Both the position numbers and the translations under genes were made by a program. A stretch of DNA of 63,797 bases, filler included, from Octopus bimaculoides (lineage: Eukaryota): assembly GCF_001194135.2 (NCBI RefSeq). It is 9 parts of 8 records of this genome, joined end to end, with 100 filler letters (N's around TTAATTAATTAA, not from the genome) between each part and the next. Parts side by side here need not be neighbours in the genome. Positions count along the whole stretch, not along the records: positions 1 to 28,170 come from NC_068986.1; positions 28,271 to 32,283 come from NW_026315829.1; positions 32,384 to 34,108 come from NC_068981.1; positions 34,209 to 39,847 come from NC_068984.1; 5 more parts are not named here. One strand, 5' to 3'. Positions 23,651 through 35,904 of this stretch are shown one piece after another. Each line of letters opens with the position of its first letter. Position 1 is the first letter of the stretch. Below the pieces are notes generated by a model. It had not been told where the DNA came from. It saw only the letters and a list, made by a program, of their open reading frames with translations, and did no database searches.

Positions 23651-26644
23651 ATTAGATTCGAACATAGTCTTCCCTGTGTCACTACCGCTGATTGATGATT
23701 TTCCCTTGCTGCTACTGCTATATTTCTTTAACTCTATATCTCTTGTAAGACATGCTTTCTCGAGACAAACATCGCTCTTTAGTAGGCCTTCAAAAGTATA
23801 TGCTTTAAGTATGATATACAGATTGCTTTTATAAAATTACTCGATAAAACAGCAAAAGAAAAAAAAAACAACACGAGAAAATGTACAACTGAATTTTGGA
23901 AGATATTGATCGGAATAAAGAAATTAACTGCAGATCTGATAGCGTAGAACACAAATTCTCCAACGGTCCAGTTCTGTCCACAAGATATGCATAAATGTAA
24001 GGTGCCCAATATATGAAGGGCAGAAGAAAAGCCCCCTGCATTCTGGAGATAGTACAAAGGAAGTCTGGGAACGTTGATAAAGATATTGGGAACTTTATAG
24101 AGCCTCATACGTAGTTGCGCGAAAATGTTATTTAAAAAGATTAAACTGGAACATACTCGTGCTTTTCAAAGCGTATTTAAAAGAACTCTCCCTCTCTCTC
24201 TTTGTATATATATATATATATATACACGTGTGTGTGTGTGTGTGTGTAAAGATCATACAAATTATGATTATTCTCGTTCTGAGATTCGGGTTATTTTACT
24301 TGCCACCGCCGCAGATATGCTTATAAAGCTAGAAATTCCACCTAAATATTAGGAAAGCCGTATGCCCTGCTGTAACATGATGTCTATAGTCTTCGCAACA
24401 CAACTGCAGTCAAATAAGAATCTTTAGCCTCAAGTTTTTTTGGCATCCTTCCAGCTTTATACTATTTTATTTGGCATCATTTATTTATTCAAGAGAAACA
24501 CAGCAAGTCGTTGCCTCATTTTACTCTCATGAAGCCATCTAAGTTATTTTCATGGTAAAACCTATAACCTATCCGTATGTTGTTACATGGTCATCTAAAA
24601 TAGACATACAAGTCATCTGAAAATATTGGTAACGGCAAAGTGATCGTTTGGTTAAGGTTAAGGTAAGCTAGACCCTTTTCGAAACTCAAGGATACATAAA
24701 GACAATGATTATCTCTCGATTCTTTAGCGCAAAGGAATGAGATATAAAAATTCTTTCCAGTTTATTGCTGGTATGTTTTATTTTCATTTTTACAGAGGCA
24801 GAACTGGACTTACCATTGCTTCGTTTTGCCAATGTGACATTTATAAAAGGTTATTAGAGAAAGACAAGCGTCCTGTTTGTGGAGTTATTTATCTCGTGTT
24901 TGTTTAATGCCGCGAAATTATGATTTAAACATCAGCCTTTTGATAACGGTGATTCGAAATAGTGATTTTCCCACACTATTTCTTAGTAAATGCTTACTAC
25001 TAATGAAGCTCAAAGAGGCAGAAATACATATTTAACAATGCCATCATCGCTGCTGAATGATTTTCGCCTGCTACTTGTATAATTCTGTATTTTTAGCACT
25101 ATATGTTTGTGGGCAATGACACATTATAAGGTAGCCCAGATGGCTAAGGTTTCTAAACTACGTTGCTGTATTTTATACCATCACTTATCTCAAGGTGTGT
25201 CACGAAATTAAGTTAAATCTTTCGATTTTTTTTTTACAAATTCTTCCGCTGTCTTCTACTTTAGTGAAGTTACATCTTCGATTACAAAAAACTTAAAGAC
25301 ACTGAAATGCTGAAACCTAAAAATCGTTGATAGCGAAATTAAGGAATCATGGAATATTTTATCAAATATTTAAGAATTGCATTCTTTACCCCAAACTCGT
25401 GTATCCCATTGAATTATTTCCCTTTCTTTTTATATACATCTTTGCAATTATCTATTTGGCTCTGCTCATAAAACATAATTAGTGTGTCACAAGAATTTAT
25501 ATTCTTAAGAAAGGTGTGTCGCCGAAAGGAAAAGTTTGGAAAGCTCTGCTAAAAGTCATATTATGCCATGTCATGATAGGTTAAACCGAACCCCAAAATT
25601 GGCATCTGGCACCGTTCGATGCGAGATATTGTTGTGTAGAAATTTGTTGTTTTGAGATATTTCCAAAATATGTTAAGCCAAAAAAACGACTTCCATTCAC
25701 TAGTCTTTTAATACAAGATCGATTACTTCTTTGGGGGTGTGAAAGTGAATGGGGAAATTTCCAACATTATCATTGCCGGTGTGAAATACCAATTATATAG
25801 CCATTGACTGTTGAATTACACATTTGGCTACGAGCTACCAAAATATTAATTCTTATCAGATGTGAAATATTACATTTAAGGAAACTGCTATTGTTGTTTG
25901 CTACTAAGTCATCTCCGATTGAGTAAACATAATCAATGGCATTCCGGCCGTAACCATCCATCCTTCTAACAGTATATAGTACTATAATTACACTGCTGAT
26001 TTTTCGTTATCCTTGTTTCCAAAGCTTTGCCGGTTTGAACGTTTTGCTGGACGATCTGTAATGACGTAATAATAATTCACCAATACACCTTTAACCTACC
26101 AACAATACACCTCTCATGCCATAAATGTCGCACAGCTTATGCGCCGAAACACGCAGTTCACTCTTTCCTTACGGTTCTATTTTGTATTGGATCTGCGCTT
26201 TGGTGTTTACATTTCATACTCTCAGTTCTCTTACCCGTTGTAACCAATAAGAAATGCAGTGTAAACAATGCCGCTAAATATGTTATACGCACAACGCCAC
26301 CTTTGGTCACCTGGTGAACTAGACTAGCGGCCCTGGAAATTTCAAGATGTGTCTCGTAATTTATCCAGATTGAAGGAGGTACCTTACAGTCAGTTGCCGG
26401 AAAGTCGTTGATGTACCTGTATATTATCCAATGTCCTTTCTTTATTTAAGGTAGAAGAATGAAAACTGAAAGAGGCGTGATTTGAGTAGAAGGATGTGAA
26501 ATGAGGCTGCAATTCTAGGTCCTAACTGGTTTGTATTTAGGACCTAAGATAGTATCACTGTTATCTTTCTAGGTCCTGTGTTCAAATTCCGCTAGGTTTG
26601 ATATTGTCTTTTTAATTCTCCCGAATCAATAAAAAATATAAAAG

Positions 26645-26865
26645 ATAACAGTCATACAACTGTTTCTAAGGTCCGAAATTTTAGAGAGGGGGATTGTCGA
26701 TTACATCGACCCTCAGTGCTCAACGGGTACTTATTTCATCAACATTGAAAGGATAGAAGGTAAAGTCGACCTTAGCAGTATTTGAACTCAGGACGTAAAG
26801 AGACGAGGAAGATACCGCTTAGCATTTCATCCGAGGTGCTAACGATTCTGCCAGCTTGTCGCTTT
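26645..26865 (-). mobile_element. SINE family B
   Basis: gtcgattacatcgaccctcagtg..gtacttatttc..gaaggtaaagtcgacc..atttgaactcagg..acgattctgccagc. Confidence 0.85.
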
Positions 26866-27504
26866 TGTTAACAACAATACTATGCTGCCTCTACATATTA
26901 CAAATCTGTTCCTCTCCTACAAGATATGGGTATGTCCCTAGAAAACATCAAAACAGTATGGTGGCTAAGAGGAATACATTAGTTGGTAGTGAATTTGGAC
27001 TTGGCGTATTTTACGGGTTTGTTCGCCTTTCCATTAGTTGATCATTTATGTGGAGGTTTAACTACTTTATTTTATCTAGCACAAATAATTCAGTTTTGAA
27101 ACAATTTAGACGAGAGGGGAACTGTGTACTTTAGTTTGGCTCCTCCAATATTCCATGGAATAAGGAAATATTTTTGATGAATAAAAGGTATTAATTATCT
27201 TAAAAGGTACAACAGACGGATTAAGTGAAATAACTCAATGAAGGGCTCGAAACCGCATAGCAAGCATGTCTTTCTTTGAGCTTACCAACCACTCTTCAGC
27301 GCAATACTGAGTTTAATGTCCACTGATGTAGGCTTTGTATTCAGTCTACTGAAGATGATTTGATAATTGTCAGGAAATCAATAACATCATGTATCATATC
27401 TGACGAAACTGGTCTCACGTTTTAATGTGATTTCAATATTGTAGTTTATAGTGCTGGAAATACTTTATTGAGACGTGATACGCCTCACTCTCAATGTTTA
27501 CTTC

Positions 27505-27805
27505 ATATCGCGAGGCAGAAAATTCGCATCGATTGACTTGTGGTCATTCATCCCAGATATCTTGCATTCTGATTTCAAACCACTCCGAGGTCAACTTTAA
27601 TCTTTCGATGTCAACAAAAATAAAGTATTCGTCCAGTTCTGAGGTCGAATTTTCTCTGGGAGTGTTGTTCAAATGATTTCAAATTTTGGCTCAGGGCCAG
27701 TAATTCTGAGGAAGTGTAAGTCGAGTACATCGGCCCCACTGCTCAAATTGTACTTATTTTATCGACCCCGGAAGGATTAAAGGCATAGTCGACCCCAGCG
27801 GAATT
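27505..27805. mobile_element. Opposed SINE B fragments (+ strand 27505-27660, - strand 27680-27805)
   Basis: ttcaaaccactccgaggtcaacttt, and gtacttattttatcgaccccggaaggattaaaggcatagtcgacc. Confidence 0.7.
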
Positions 27806-27809
27806 TGTT

Positions 27810-28138
27810 TCTCCCAGCGTTCACTATTTTCCTCTCGTTCTTGTCTAATGACCCTCCGTTTTCGTTCGGTTTCCTTTTATGTTTCCACTGTCATTTTTTT
27901 GTTCTCAACTTTCACACTCCATAAATCCTAAATTTTATTTTAAAATTTATGGGAGCATCTGTCTTTGAAGACTCATATTGTCGTTGAATGCTCGAAATGA
28001 GGAGCAGATGAGATAGACATCTGACAACTGATGAAGGGCCCTTTCTCTGTGTTAACTTGTCCCGTTTTCCATTTTTTCTCGTTGTTTACGTATTACATGT
28101 TATTTGCACCGTTGGTGACGTCCTGTAGCCGTATATGC

Positions 28139-28150
<12 letters not shown>
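27810..28150 (+). mobile_element. Family F short pyrimidine-rich element (pLTR-like, HHR-like relics)
   Basis: Homologous to 29760-30170 (-); the 3' part ctgatgaagg..acgtcctgta..atatgcat is shared with 42255 (+) and 61985 (-). Confidence 0.65.
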
Positions 28151-28170
<20 letters not shown>

Positions 28171-28270
28171 NNNNNNNNNNNNNNNNNNNNNNNNNNNNNN
28201 NNNNNNNNNNNNNNTTAATTAATTAANNNNNNNNNNNNNNNNNNNNNNNNNNNNNNNNNNNNNNNNNNNN
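28171..28270. other. Artificial 100-nt assembly spacer 44N-TTAATTAATTAA-44N
   Basis: The same 12-mer occurs within N runs at 28215, 32328, 34153, 39892, 52093, 56534, 58317 and 62455; the palindrome gives stops in all six frames. Confidence 0.95.
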
Positions 28271-28304
<34 letters not shown>

Positions 28305-28554
28305 TATGTATGTATGTGTATGTGTATGTATATATGTATATATATATGTATGTATATGGGTATATCAGTGTGTGGATGAGTGTATCTGTATGTGTGTATG
28401 TATACAACCGGGACCGTTACGAGGGGCGGGCGGGTGGTCGGCGGAAGAATCGTGGACGCGCCGGCCGTGTAGAATCAATCGAGCGGCGGGTTAAGCGGGA
28501 CCTTTTGGTTCCTGGTCATTAGAGCTGATTTGATGCTAAACAAAAATGTCTGCC

Positions 28555-28955
28555 TAACAGGCGTGGCTGTGTAGTAAGAAGATCGCTTCCCAACCACATG
28601 CCCCCTGGCTCAACCCACTGCGTGGGACCTGGCACGTTGGGTAAGTGTCTCTTACTATATAGCCTCTGGCCGACCAAAGCCTTGTGACTGGATATGGTTG
28701 ACGGAAAGTGAAAGAAGCCCGTCGTATATATACATAATGTATATGCGTGTGTGTGTCTCTGTTAGTGTTTGTCCGCCACCACCGCTTGACAGCCGGTGTA
28801 GGTGTGTTTACGTCCCCGTAACGGTTCAGCATCAGTGACTGTTAGAATAAGTACTAGGCTATCAAAAATAAGTCGTAGTGTAGATTTGTTCGACTAAAAC
28901 CCTTCAAAACGGTGTCCCAGTATGGCCACAATCGAATAACTAAAACAAGTAAGCA
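28555..28955 (+). mobile_element. SINE family A, full length
   Basis: ggcgtggctgtgtagtaagaag..ttgggtaagtgtctc..gaagcccgtcgtata..cgcttgacagccgg..aaacaagta. Confidence 0.9.
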
Positions 28956-29004
28956 GAGATACCCGGTGTTGCTCGGGATTAAAATTGCATCATTTAAAAA
29001 AATT

Positions 29005-29209
29005 GTTTTACTTGTTTCAGTCATGTAACTGTGGCCATGCTGGAGCACCGCCGTTGGTCGAACAAATCAACCACAGGATTTATTCTTTGTAAGCATAGTG
29101 CTTATTCTATCAGTGTCTTTTGCGGAACCGCTAAGTTATGAGAACGTAAACATAGCAACACCGGTTGTCAGGCAATGGTGGGGGGTACAAACACAAATAC
29201 ACACACGCG

Positions 29210-29267
<58 letters not shown>

Positions 29268-29342
29268 TATATAGGACAGTATTCTTCTCAGTTTTCTTGT
29301 AGGAAATCCACTCACATGGCTTTGATCGGCCTGAGGCTATAA
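29005..29342 (-). mobile_element. SINE family A lacking the tRNA head
   Basis: ttttacttgtttcagtcatg..ctggagcaccgcc..ccgctaagtt..(CA)n..aatccactcac..gaggctat. Confidence 0.85.
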
Positions 29343-29759
29343 TATATATATATATAAATANNNNNNNNNNNNNNNNNNNNNNNNNNNNNNNNNNNNNNNN
29401 NNNNNNNNNNNNNNNNNNNNNNNNNNNNNNNNNNNNNNNNNNNNNNNNNNNNNNNNNNNNNNNNNNNNNNNNNNNNNNNNNNNNNNNNNNNNNNNNNNNN
29501 NNNNNNNNNNNNNNNNNNNNNNNNNNNNNNNNNNNNNNNNNNNNNNNNNNNNNNNNNNNNNNNNNNNNNNNNNNNNNNNNNNNNNNNNNNNNNNNNNNNN
29601 NNNNNNNNNNNNNNNNNNNNNNNNNNNNNNNNNNNNNNNNNNNNNNNNNNNNNNNNNNNNNNNNNNNNNNNNNNNNNNNNNNNNNNNNNNNNNNNNNNNN
29701 NNNNNNNNNNNNNNNNNNNNNNNNNNNNNNNNNNNNNNNNNNNNNNNNNNNNNNAAGTA

Positions 29760-30170
29760 AGATAAGGAACGACCCTTCATCAGTTGTTGGCTGTCCATCT
29801 ACACCTCATTTCGAGCAATTGACGACAATATAATGCTTCGAAAGGCAGTTGTTCCCGCGAAACAAAATACAATTTGGGATTTGCGGAGGGTCAAAGCTGA
29901 TAATAAAAACAGGACAGTAGAGACATACAACAAACCAAAACGAAAATAAATATGGAGGGCCCTTTAGCCAGACGAGGTAAGGTAGCGAATGCTGGAGGAA
30001 TATTGTCTTTGACAAGAGAAAAGATAGAAGAGGAGACAGGTAAGAATGCGTCTGGTCTGTAAGAAAGACCGAAAGAAAAGAAAGATGATCATGTGAGGAA
30101 AAGAAAGATGGACGATGGTCACGTGTGAGTAACGAGAGAGAGTAAAGGGAAAAGAGGGAGAGAGACAGAT
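29760..30170 (-). mobile_element. Family F element
   Basis: Reverse complement shares aaatcc.aaatt.tatttt, ctg.c.tt.gaag, atattgtcgt.aatgctcgaaatgagg and aactgatgaaggg with 27900-28050. Confidence 0.65.
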
Positions 30171-30179
30171 AGAAAACTG

Positions 30180-30385
30180 TCTATGTTAGTGTTTGCTCGC
30201 CATCACCACTTGACAGCTGGTGTAGATGTGTTTCCGTCCCCGTAACGTAGCGGTTCAGCATAAGTAACTGATAGAATAAGTACTAGACTTTCAAAAATAA
30301 GTCCTAGTGCAGATTTGTTCGACTAAAACCCTTCAAGGCGGTGCCCCTGTATAGCCGCAATCGAATGACTAAAACAAGTAAGCAG
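30180..30385 (+). mobile_element. SINE family A 3' half (paralog of 28750-28955)
   Basis: Shares rare variants such as ggttcagcat, tcaaaaataagtc and caatcgaat.actaaaacaagtaagcag. Confidence 0.85.
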
Positions 30386-30442
30386 TGTTGCTCGGGATTC
30401 AAATTTACCATAACGCCCAACAATACCTAGAGAACGGCGCAG

Positions 30443-30780
30443 ATGATACCACTGGGCACGATAACCATTATTATACAACCTCACAACACCACCCTCAACT
30501 CCCTAACAAATACTAATCGTAACGCCAGCAATAATAACGAACCTAACACCTGTTCTTCACTAAATAACAATCCCTTCACAAGTTCATCCGGAACATCCTC
30601 TACAAACCTATGCAGCATCAGACGCCCAATCTCCTGTCCTTTAGATAACCGCTGTCTCACAAAAAACATCGTTTACAAGTGTACAGTATCCGAATAAAAA
30701 TCAACAATACATTGTTATTTCAGCTTATCAATAAACTAAAGACTGATTCAACTCGTTACATTCTCAAGTAGTCCATAGTC
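30443..30780 (+). pseudogene. Penelope-like element GIY-YIG endonuclease remnant
   Basis: CSIRRPISCPLDNRCLTKNIVYKCTV, then a stop, then YFSLS and a frameshifted KLK; resembles the PLE Cys-rich linker plus GIY-YIG pattern (C.C....CPL.G.CL..N.VY.A....YIG...K.R). Confidence 0.75.
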
Positions 30781-31546
30781 ACCCACGTCAACCCATACAG
30801 CAACTATAAGTGTGATCTCTGCATAGCCGAGGTTTTAGCTATTTTGTAATCCATGAACTGTCTTAATGAACGCAGTAGTATAATTTTTACCTGCAAACAT
30901 CGATCACTAAATGTATTCTCAAAATACAAATAACAACAACCCCTCTCACTACCACTATATATTAAACCAACAATATATCTTCCCTTTAACTCCTTATTGT
31001 GATTTACATACTTCTCTCTATTTTTCCTTATTATTTAAAAAAAATACTCTCTTATTTCACCCGCTTCCCTCCCTTGACCTTACAAGTACATACGCCAGCA
31101 TACATCTCTACTACTTCATACTGTAAACACGCTCACCGCACACAATATACACTCCTCAGTTGCAAGCCACTAGTAGCGGCCACGATTCTTCACCATTCTC
31201 TCTTGCTTTCTTCATGCATACTTTTTTCTTCCCCTTGACCATAAATATTTCCTCGCCCTCTTCCCTGCAAATTATTGTTTCTCAAATACCACTCTTATTG
31301 CTAGCTTCTGTGATTCGGCTAAAACAACCTTATTGAATACTACCGTTCAATTAACCTTTTCTTAAATTCCTCATTTCTCTGACTTCCTTATGTTCTTCTC
31401 TTTCTTCCTTCCTTTAATCCTTATTTCTCTCTACATTTATATTCTCCACTCCTACTGGGCTCTGTATAGATTATGATGGAATCTTCCATGTGCTAACATG
31501 CACTTCCTTGCGACAGTGTAAACTTTCATTTAATCAAAATATGCTT

Positions 31547-31630
31547 GGCCTGAAGAATAGCTTGCGGTATACACCACGCTTGGCTGTTTACCACTTCCGA
31601 GGTTCCACTCACTATGAAACATATGTAGCC
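31547..31630 (+). ncRNA. Type I hammerhead ribozyme with long stem II insert, 3' of the Penelope remnant
   Basis: ggc-CTGAAGA-atag-(51 nt)-ctat-GAAAC-atat-GTA-gcc; stems ggc/gcc and atag/ctat, palindromic ACATATGT; predicted cleavage after A31627. Confidence 0.75.
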
Positions 31631-31659
31631 CGGATCTTATCTATAACATTTCTTATCTC

Positions 31660-31695
<36 letters not shown>

Positions 31696-31696
<1 letters not shown>

Positions 31697-31745
31697 CTAA
31701 CATAGATACCCGGCGTTGCTCAGGCTCAAAATTGCATAGTTTTTT
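31696..31745 (+). mobile_element. Helitron/HINE-like 5' end fragment
   Basis: actaacatagatacccggcgttgctcagg; related to 28962-29000, 30381-30410 and 56365-56457. Confidence 0.55.
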
Positions 31746-31747
31746 TT

Positions 31748-32024
31748 ATTGTTTTACTTGTTCTAGTCATGTGACTGCAGCCATGTTGGAGTATCGCCTT
31801 TAGTCGAACAAATCGAGCAAGGATTTATTCTTTATAAGCCTAGTACTTATTCTATCAGTGGCTTTTGCCGAACCTCTAAGTTACGGGGACGCAAACACAG
31901 CAACATCAGTTGTCAAGCGATGGTGGAGGTATGAACCCAGACACAAATGTACACATATATACGACAGTCTTCTTCCAGTTTCCGTGTACGAAATCTACTC
32001 ACAAGGCTTTGGTCAGCCTGAGGC

Positions 32025-32028
<4 letters not shown>
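31748..32028 (-). mobile_element. SINE family A lacking the tRNA head (paralog of 29005-29342)
   Basis: Same flank and same truncation at ctgaggctat followed by (TA)n. Confidence 0.85.
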
Positions 32029-32064
<36 letters not shown>

Positions 32065-32065
<1 letters not shown>

Positions 32066-32283
32066 GGGGTTCCTATAAGGTTGTTATCCACCCCTGATTG
32101 GAACTCTCCCGTATGACATGTACGCATGCTCAGTGACTTGCTTTAACTTCCGCAGACTAACGACTCACATACTGTACTGACCGGTTAATATGTCTCCGAA
32201 GAAATCACGCAAATACTGCTGTATATGCAGCCACTATAGAGGGAAGAATGTAGACGGCAAAGTTATTTCACTACATAGATATC
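32065..32283 (+). mobile_element. 5' end of a THAP-domain DNA transposon; ORF from 32190 runs into a gap
   Basis: MSPKKSRKYCCICSHYRGKNVDGKVISLHRY(c..) fits the THAP N-terminus (Cx2C..SFHRFP); sharp start aggggttcc after (TA)n. Confidence 0.65.
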
Positions 32284-32607
32284 NNNNNNNNNNNNNNNNN
32301 NNNNNNNNNNNNNNNNNNNNNNNNNNNTTAATTAATTAANNNNNNNNNNNNNNNNNNNNNNNNNNNNNNNNNNNNNNNNNNNNTAAAAGTAAGGTGTCTT
32401 GAACAATAAGAGAAAGCTCATCCTTCTTTTCTTTCTTCCTTCAGTCACTTTTTATCTCGCCTGCCATAAAATTTTAACGCCAGTTTACGCAAAATTTCTA
32501 AATGAAAAATCACGTAATATCGGGGCAACATTATCAACAAAAGGAACGAAACGCCGACATGGCGTTCGCACAAATAGCATAGGACCCGGGCATACATATG
32601 TATATGT

Positions 32608-32648
<41 letters not shown>

Positions 32649-32691
32649 NNNNNNNNNNNNNNNNNNNNNNNNNNNNNNNNNNNNNNNNNNN

Positions 32692-32770
<79 letters not shown>

Positions 32771-34062
32771 TATGTGTGTGGATTTGAAATCTTAGATTAA
32801 TTACCGTGACTGCCATATCTGCTAGAAAATTTTTCGTAGTAATCTATATGTTAAATATGTTAAACACAGAGACATCTTCAGGATGAGGGATACACTGCCA
32901 TGTAAGTGTAAAATAAAAATAAATTTCAAATATGGCTTAACAAAATTGTATCTTTTTATTGCTTTGAACGTAAGGAAAAAAAATCTCCACGGGCATTCTC
33001 CATCCAATCATTATATCTCTTCATCTAATTTCAGATATCCTTCCGTTTCCATAAACACATGCACATTTAAACGATATTCTGTATGAGACTGATATGCAAA
33101 CTTCATATAAGTGAAAAACCAGAATACTTCCCCCCACACACACAGAGGTTTATATATATATATATAAAAGCATACAAGAATGCATATACATATATACATA
33201 TATACACACAGTTACATATGTGTATTATGCTTTTGTGTGCGCGCTTACGCGTGTGAGTGTCTGTATAATTTGCATGTAATTTAATTTCTTTCTACTTTAT
33301 ATTTTGACATACCATCAACCTTCCCTTTTCTTTCGATTTACTTCAGTTTATATATACAATATATTATGAATGCTTATACATTTGACATGTATACGTACAT
33401 AAATGTATACACATACACATATCACACACGAACGACGAGCATACACACACAACATACACTCACATACAACGCACACGTTCCTGCCGAGATTTAACACACA
33501 TGCATACACACGCACACACGCACACACACACACACACACACACGCACACACACACATACACACATATATATAATATATGTGTGCATGTATGTGTGTGTGT
33601 CTGAGTGTGTATATGCTTATGCGACTACTTAGAGATGTAAATACTGAGATATTTATATGGACATGCATACCTTTCATTGCAAGTATGAGGGCATACATAC
33701 ATGTATACAAACATAGCTGTAAACATACATACATTCATGAATGTATGCATGCATGCATGCACACACACACACATTTACACGCGTAAAGAGATACATATAT
33801 TTAGGTGTGGATAAAGTTCAACATACCTGCTTACACACAAAATCCAACAATGCCTCTACAGAAATTAAGAAAGGAACGCACTTTTCAATTTTGTGCGTAG
33901 GAAGGCAGAAGAGTTTTACCGCATGTTGAAGGTGCTATAACGCATTTTCATTGACAATAGGGTTATCAGAATAACAAGCTGTTTCTAAAAATAGAACAGT
34001 AAGATATTTTCCCTTAATTGCTGTCTTTATTTCACGCTTTTAATGCCTACACACATATATAT

Positions 34063-34108
<46 letters not shown>

Positions 34109-34225
34109 NNNNNNNNNNNNNNNNNNNNNNNNNNNNNNNNNNNNNNNNNNNNTTAATTAATTAANNNNNNNNNNNNNNNNNNNNNNNNNNNNNNNNNNNN
34201 NNNNNNNNATGTATGTATATATGTA

Positions 34226-34291
<66 letters not shown>

Positions 34292-35190
34292 TAAAGTCTA
34301 TATATATGCGTATATGCATTTGTGTGTGTATATATACACACACACACACACACACATACACACACATACGTACATATTTATGTGCGTGTGTGTGTGTGTA
34401 CACATACATACAATGCTCAACAACATAAACAAAATTTAAATTATTCCACAGACATAAGCTTCCAACATAAACAATATAATAAAAAACACACAGGCCCCAC
34501 TTTCCTCTTCTCTCACCATACCATCTCCTCACCCTAATCCATAATATAACGAGTAGAGACGACTATTAAAGCTACGCACTTTTACCTCCTACCACTATAT
34601 CTTACAGTATTGTTGTCTTTTTATATTTCTTTTTTTGTGAGCCCTCTCCTTTTTTTCTTCTCTATGTACTTCGGGAGTTTTCACGTATCAACAGGCAGAT
34701 ATGACATCACCATGGTTACCACTTGCAATAACAATATAGCAACAAAAAAAAGGAATGATCACAGCTACCACAACTTCAACAATGATAGTTTTAGCAAGAA
34801 CAACAACTACAAATAAACACATACATAAATGAAAAAAAAAGGAATAATAACGACAATGACATCAACAACAACAATACAGTGCCAACGAGGGAGCCCTGAC
34901 GCGGTTTAGTCGCCAACCGACCACCCAACCATGAGAAAGGGCGAACTTGTTGCATCGGAGATTAAAGTAAACAGGAGAATAGTTATTTTATTTTTGCATA
35001 TTTTCATCAGTTAGTCAGAGAAAGCGGGACAGTACCCATGTGTTTTGGAGGGCCTTTCAGAAAAGAGAAATTAGTGCAGGCCCTGTTCATATGAAACATC
35101 TATAACTTGATCCCTCTAAGAGATGTATTTGGTAAGAGAGAGAGGGAGAGAAAGAGATAGAGATAGACAGATAGATAGATAGATAGATTG

Positions 35191-35261
<71 letters not shown>

Positions 35262-35416
35262 GAGAGAGCGATGGACTTTTAGAGGCTTGCTGCAGTTGTA
35301 GTTGGTGTTTAGCACAAACCAGCCCTTAATGTGATCACAAACGTTGTTATGATCAAAGGCGCTCCAGTCAGGACCTTCCACCACATTTGAAGTAGAATAA
35401 ACCAATGACAAGATGG

Positions 35417-35480
<64 letters not shown>

Positions 35481-35608
35481 CGCTACTCTACTACTGCCAA
35501 TAATAATAATAATAATAATAATAAAAAGAAGAAGAAGAAGAAGAAGAAGAAGAAGAAGAAGAAGAAGAAGAAGAAGAAGAAGAAGAAGAAGAAGATGATG
35601 AAGAAGAC
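35417..35608. repeat. Compound trinucleotide array (ACT)n(GCT)n(AAT)n(AGA)n
   Basis: Direct reading. Confidence 0.95.
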
Positions 35609-35885
35609 AATGTATAAGCGTTCAGCTTTTGCCGAACGATCTGCACAGATGATTTGTTTATAGCGATCAAATGTATGTATTGTACATTAGCTCACTCCCT
35701 CCATCGAACTGACGTTGCCTGAACAGGTGCACGGTGTACCACACGTCAGGTGTCGAAGTGATTGCAGAGCAATGCGAGATGAAGTGTTTTGCTCAAGAAC
35801 ATAATGCACCACCCGGTCTAGGAATTGAAATCACGATCTCGTGATTGTGAATGCAGTACCCTGACTACTAGGCCATGCGTCCTAG
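35605..35885 (-). mobile_element. SINE family E (D-like head + CORE, different body and tail)
   Basis: Reverse complement: gcatggcctagtagtcaggg..gtgatttcaattcctagaccggg..gttcttgagcaaaacacttcatctcgc, then unrelated body ending next to (TTC)n. Confidence 0.7.
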
Positions 35886-35904
35886 CAATGATAATCCTTT
35901 CTGC

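Noticed and set aside
25150-25550. hAT-like MITE (ctaaggtttctaaac / gtttggaaagctctg)
   Set aside because: Only 11/15 TIR match and no 8-bp TSD
25770-25961. DGYGRNAIDY ankyrin-like peptide
   Set aside because: Single weak motif, rest of the repeat absent, no convincing splice sites
27345-27420. ctgaaga and ctgacga cores
   Set aside because: No correctly spaced GAAA-stem III-NUH or stem I
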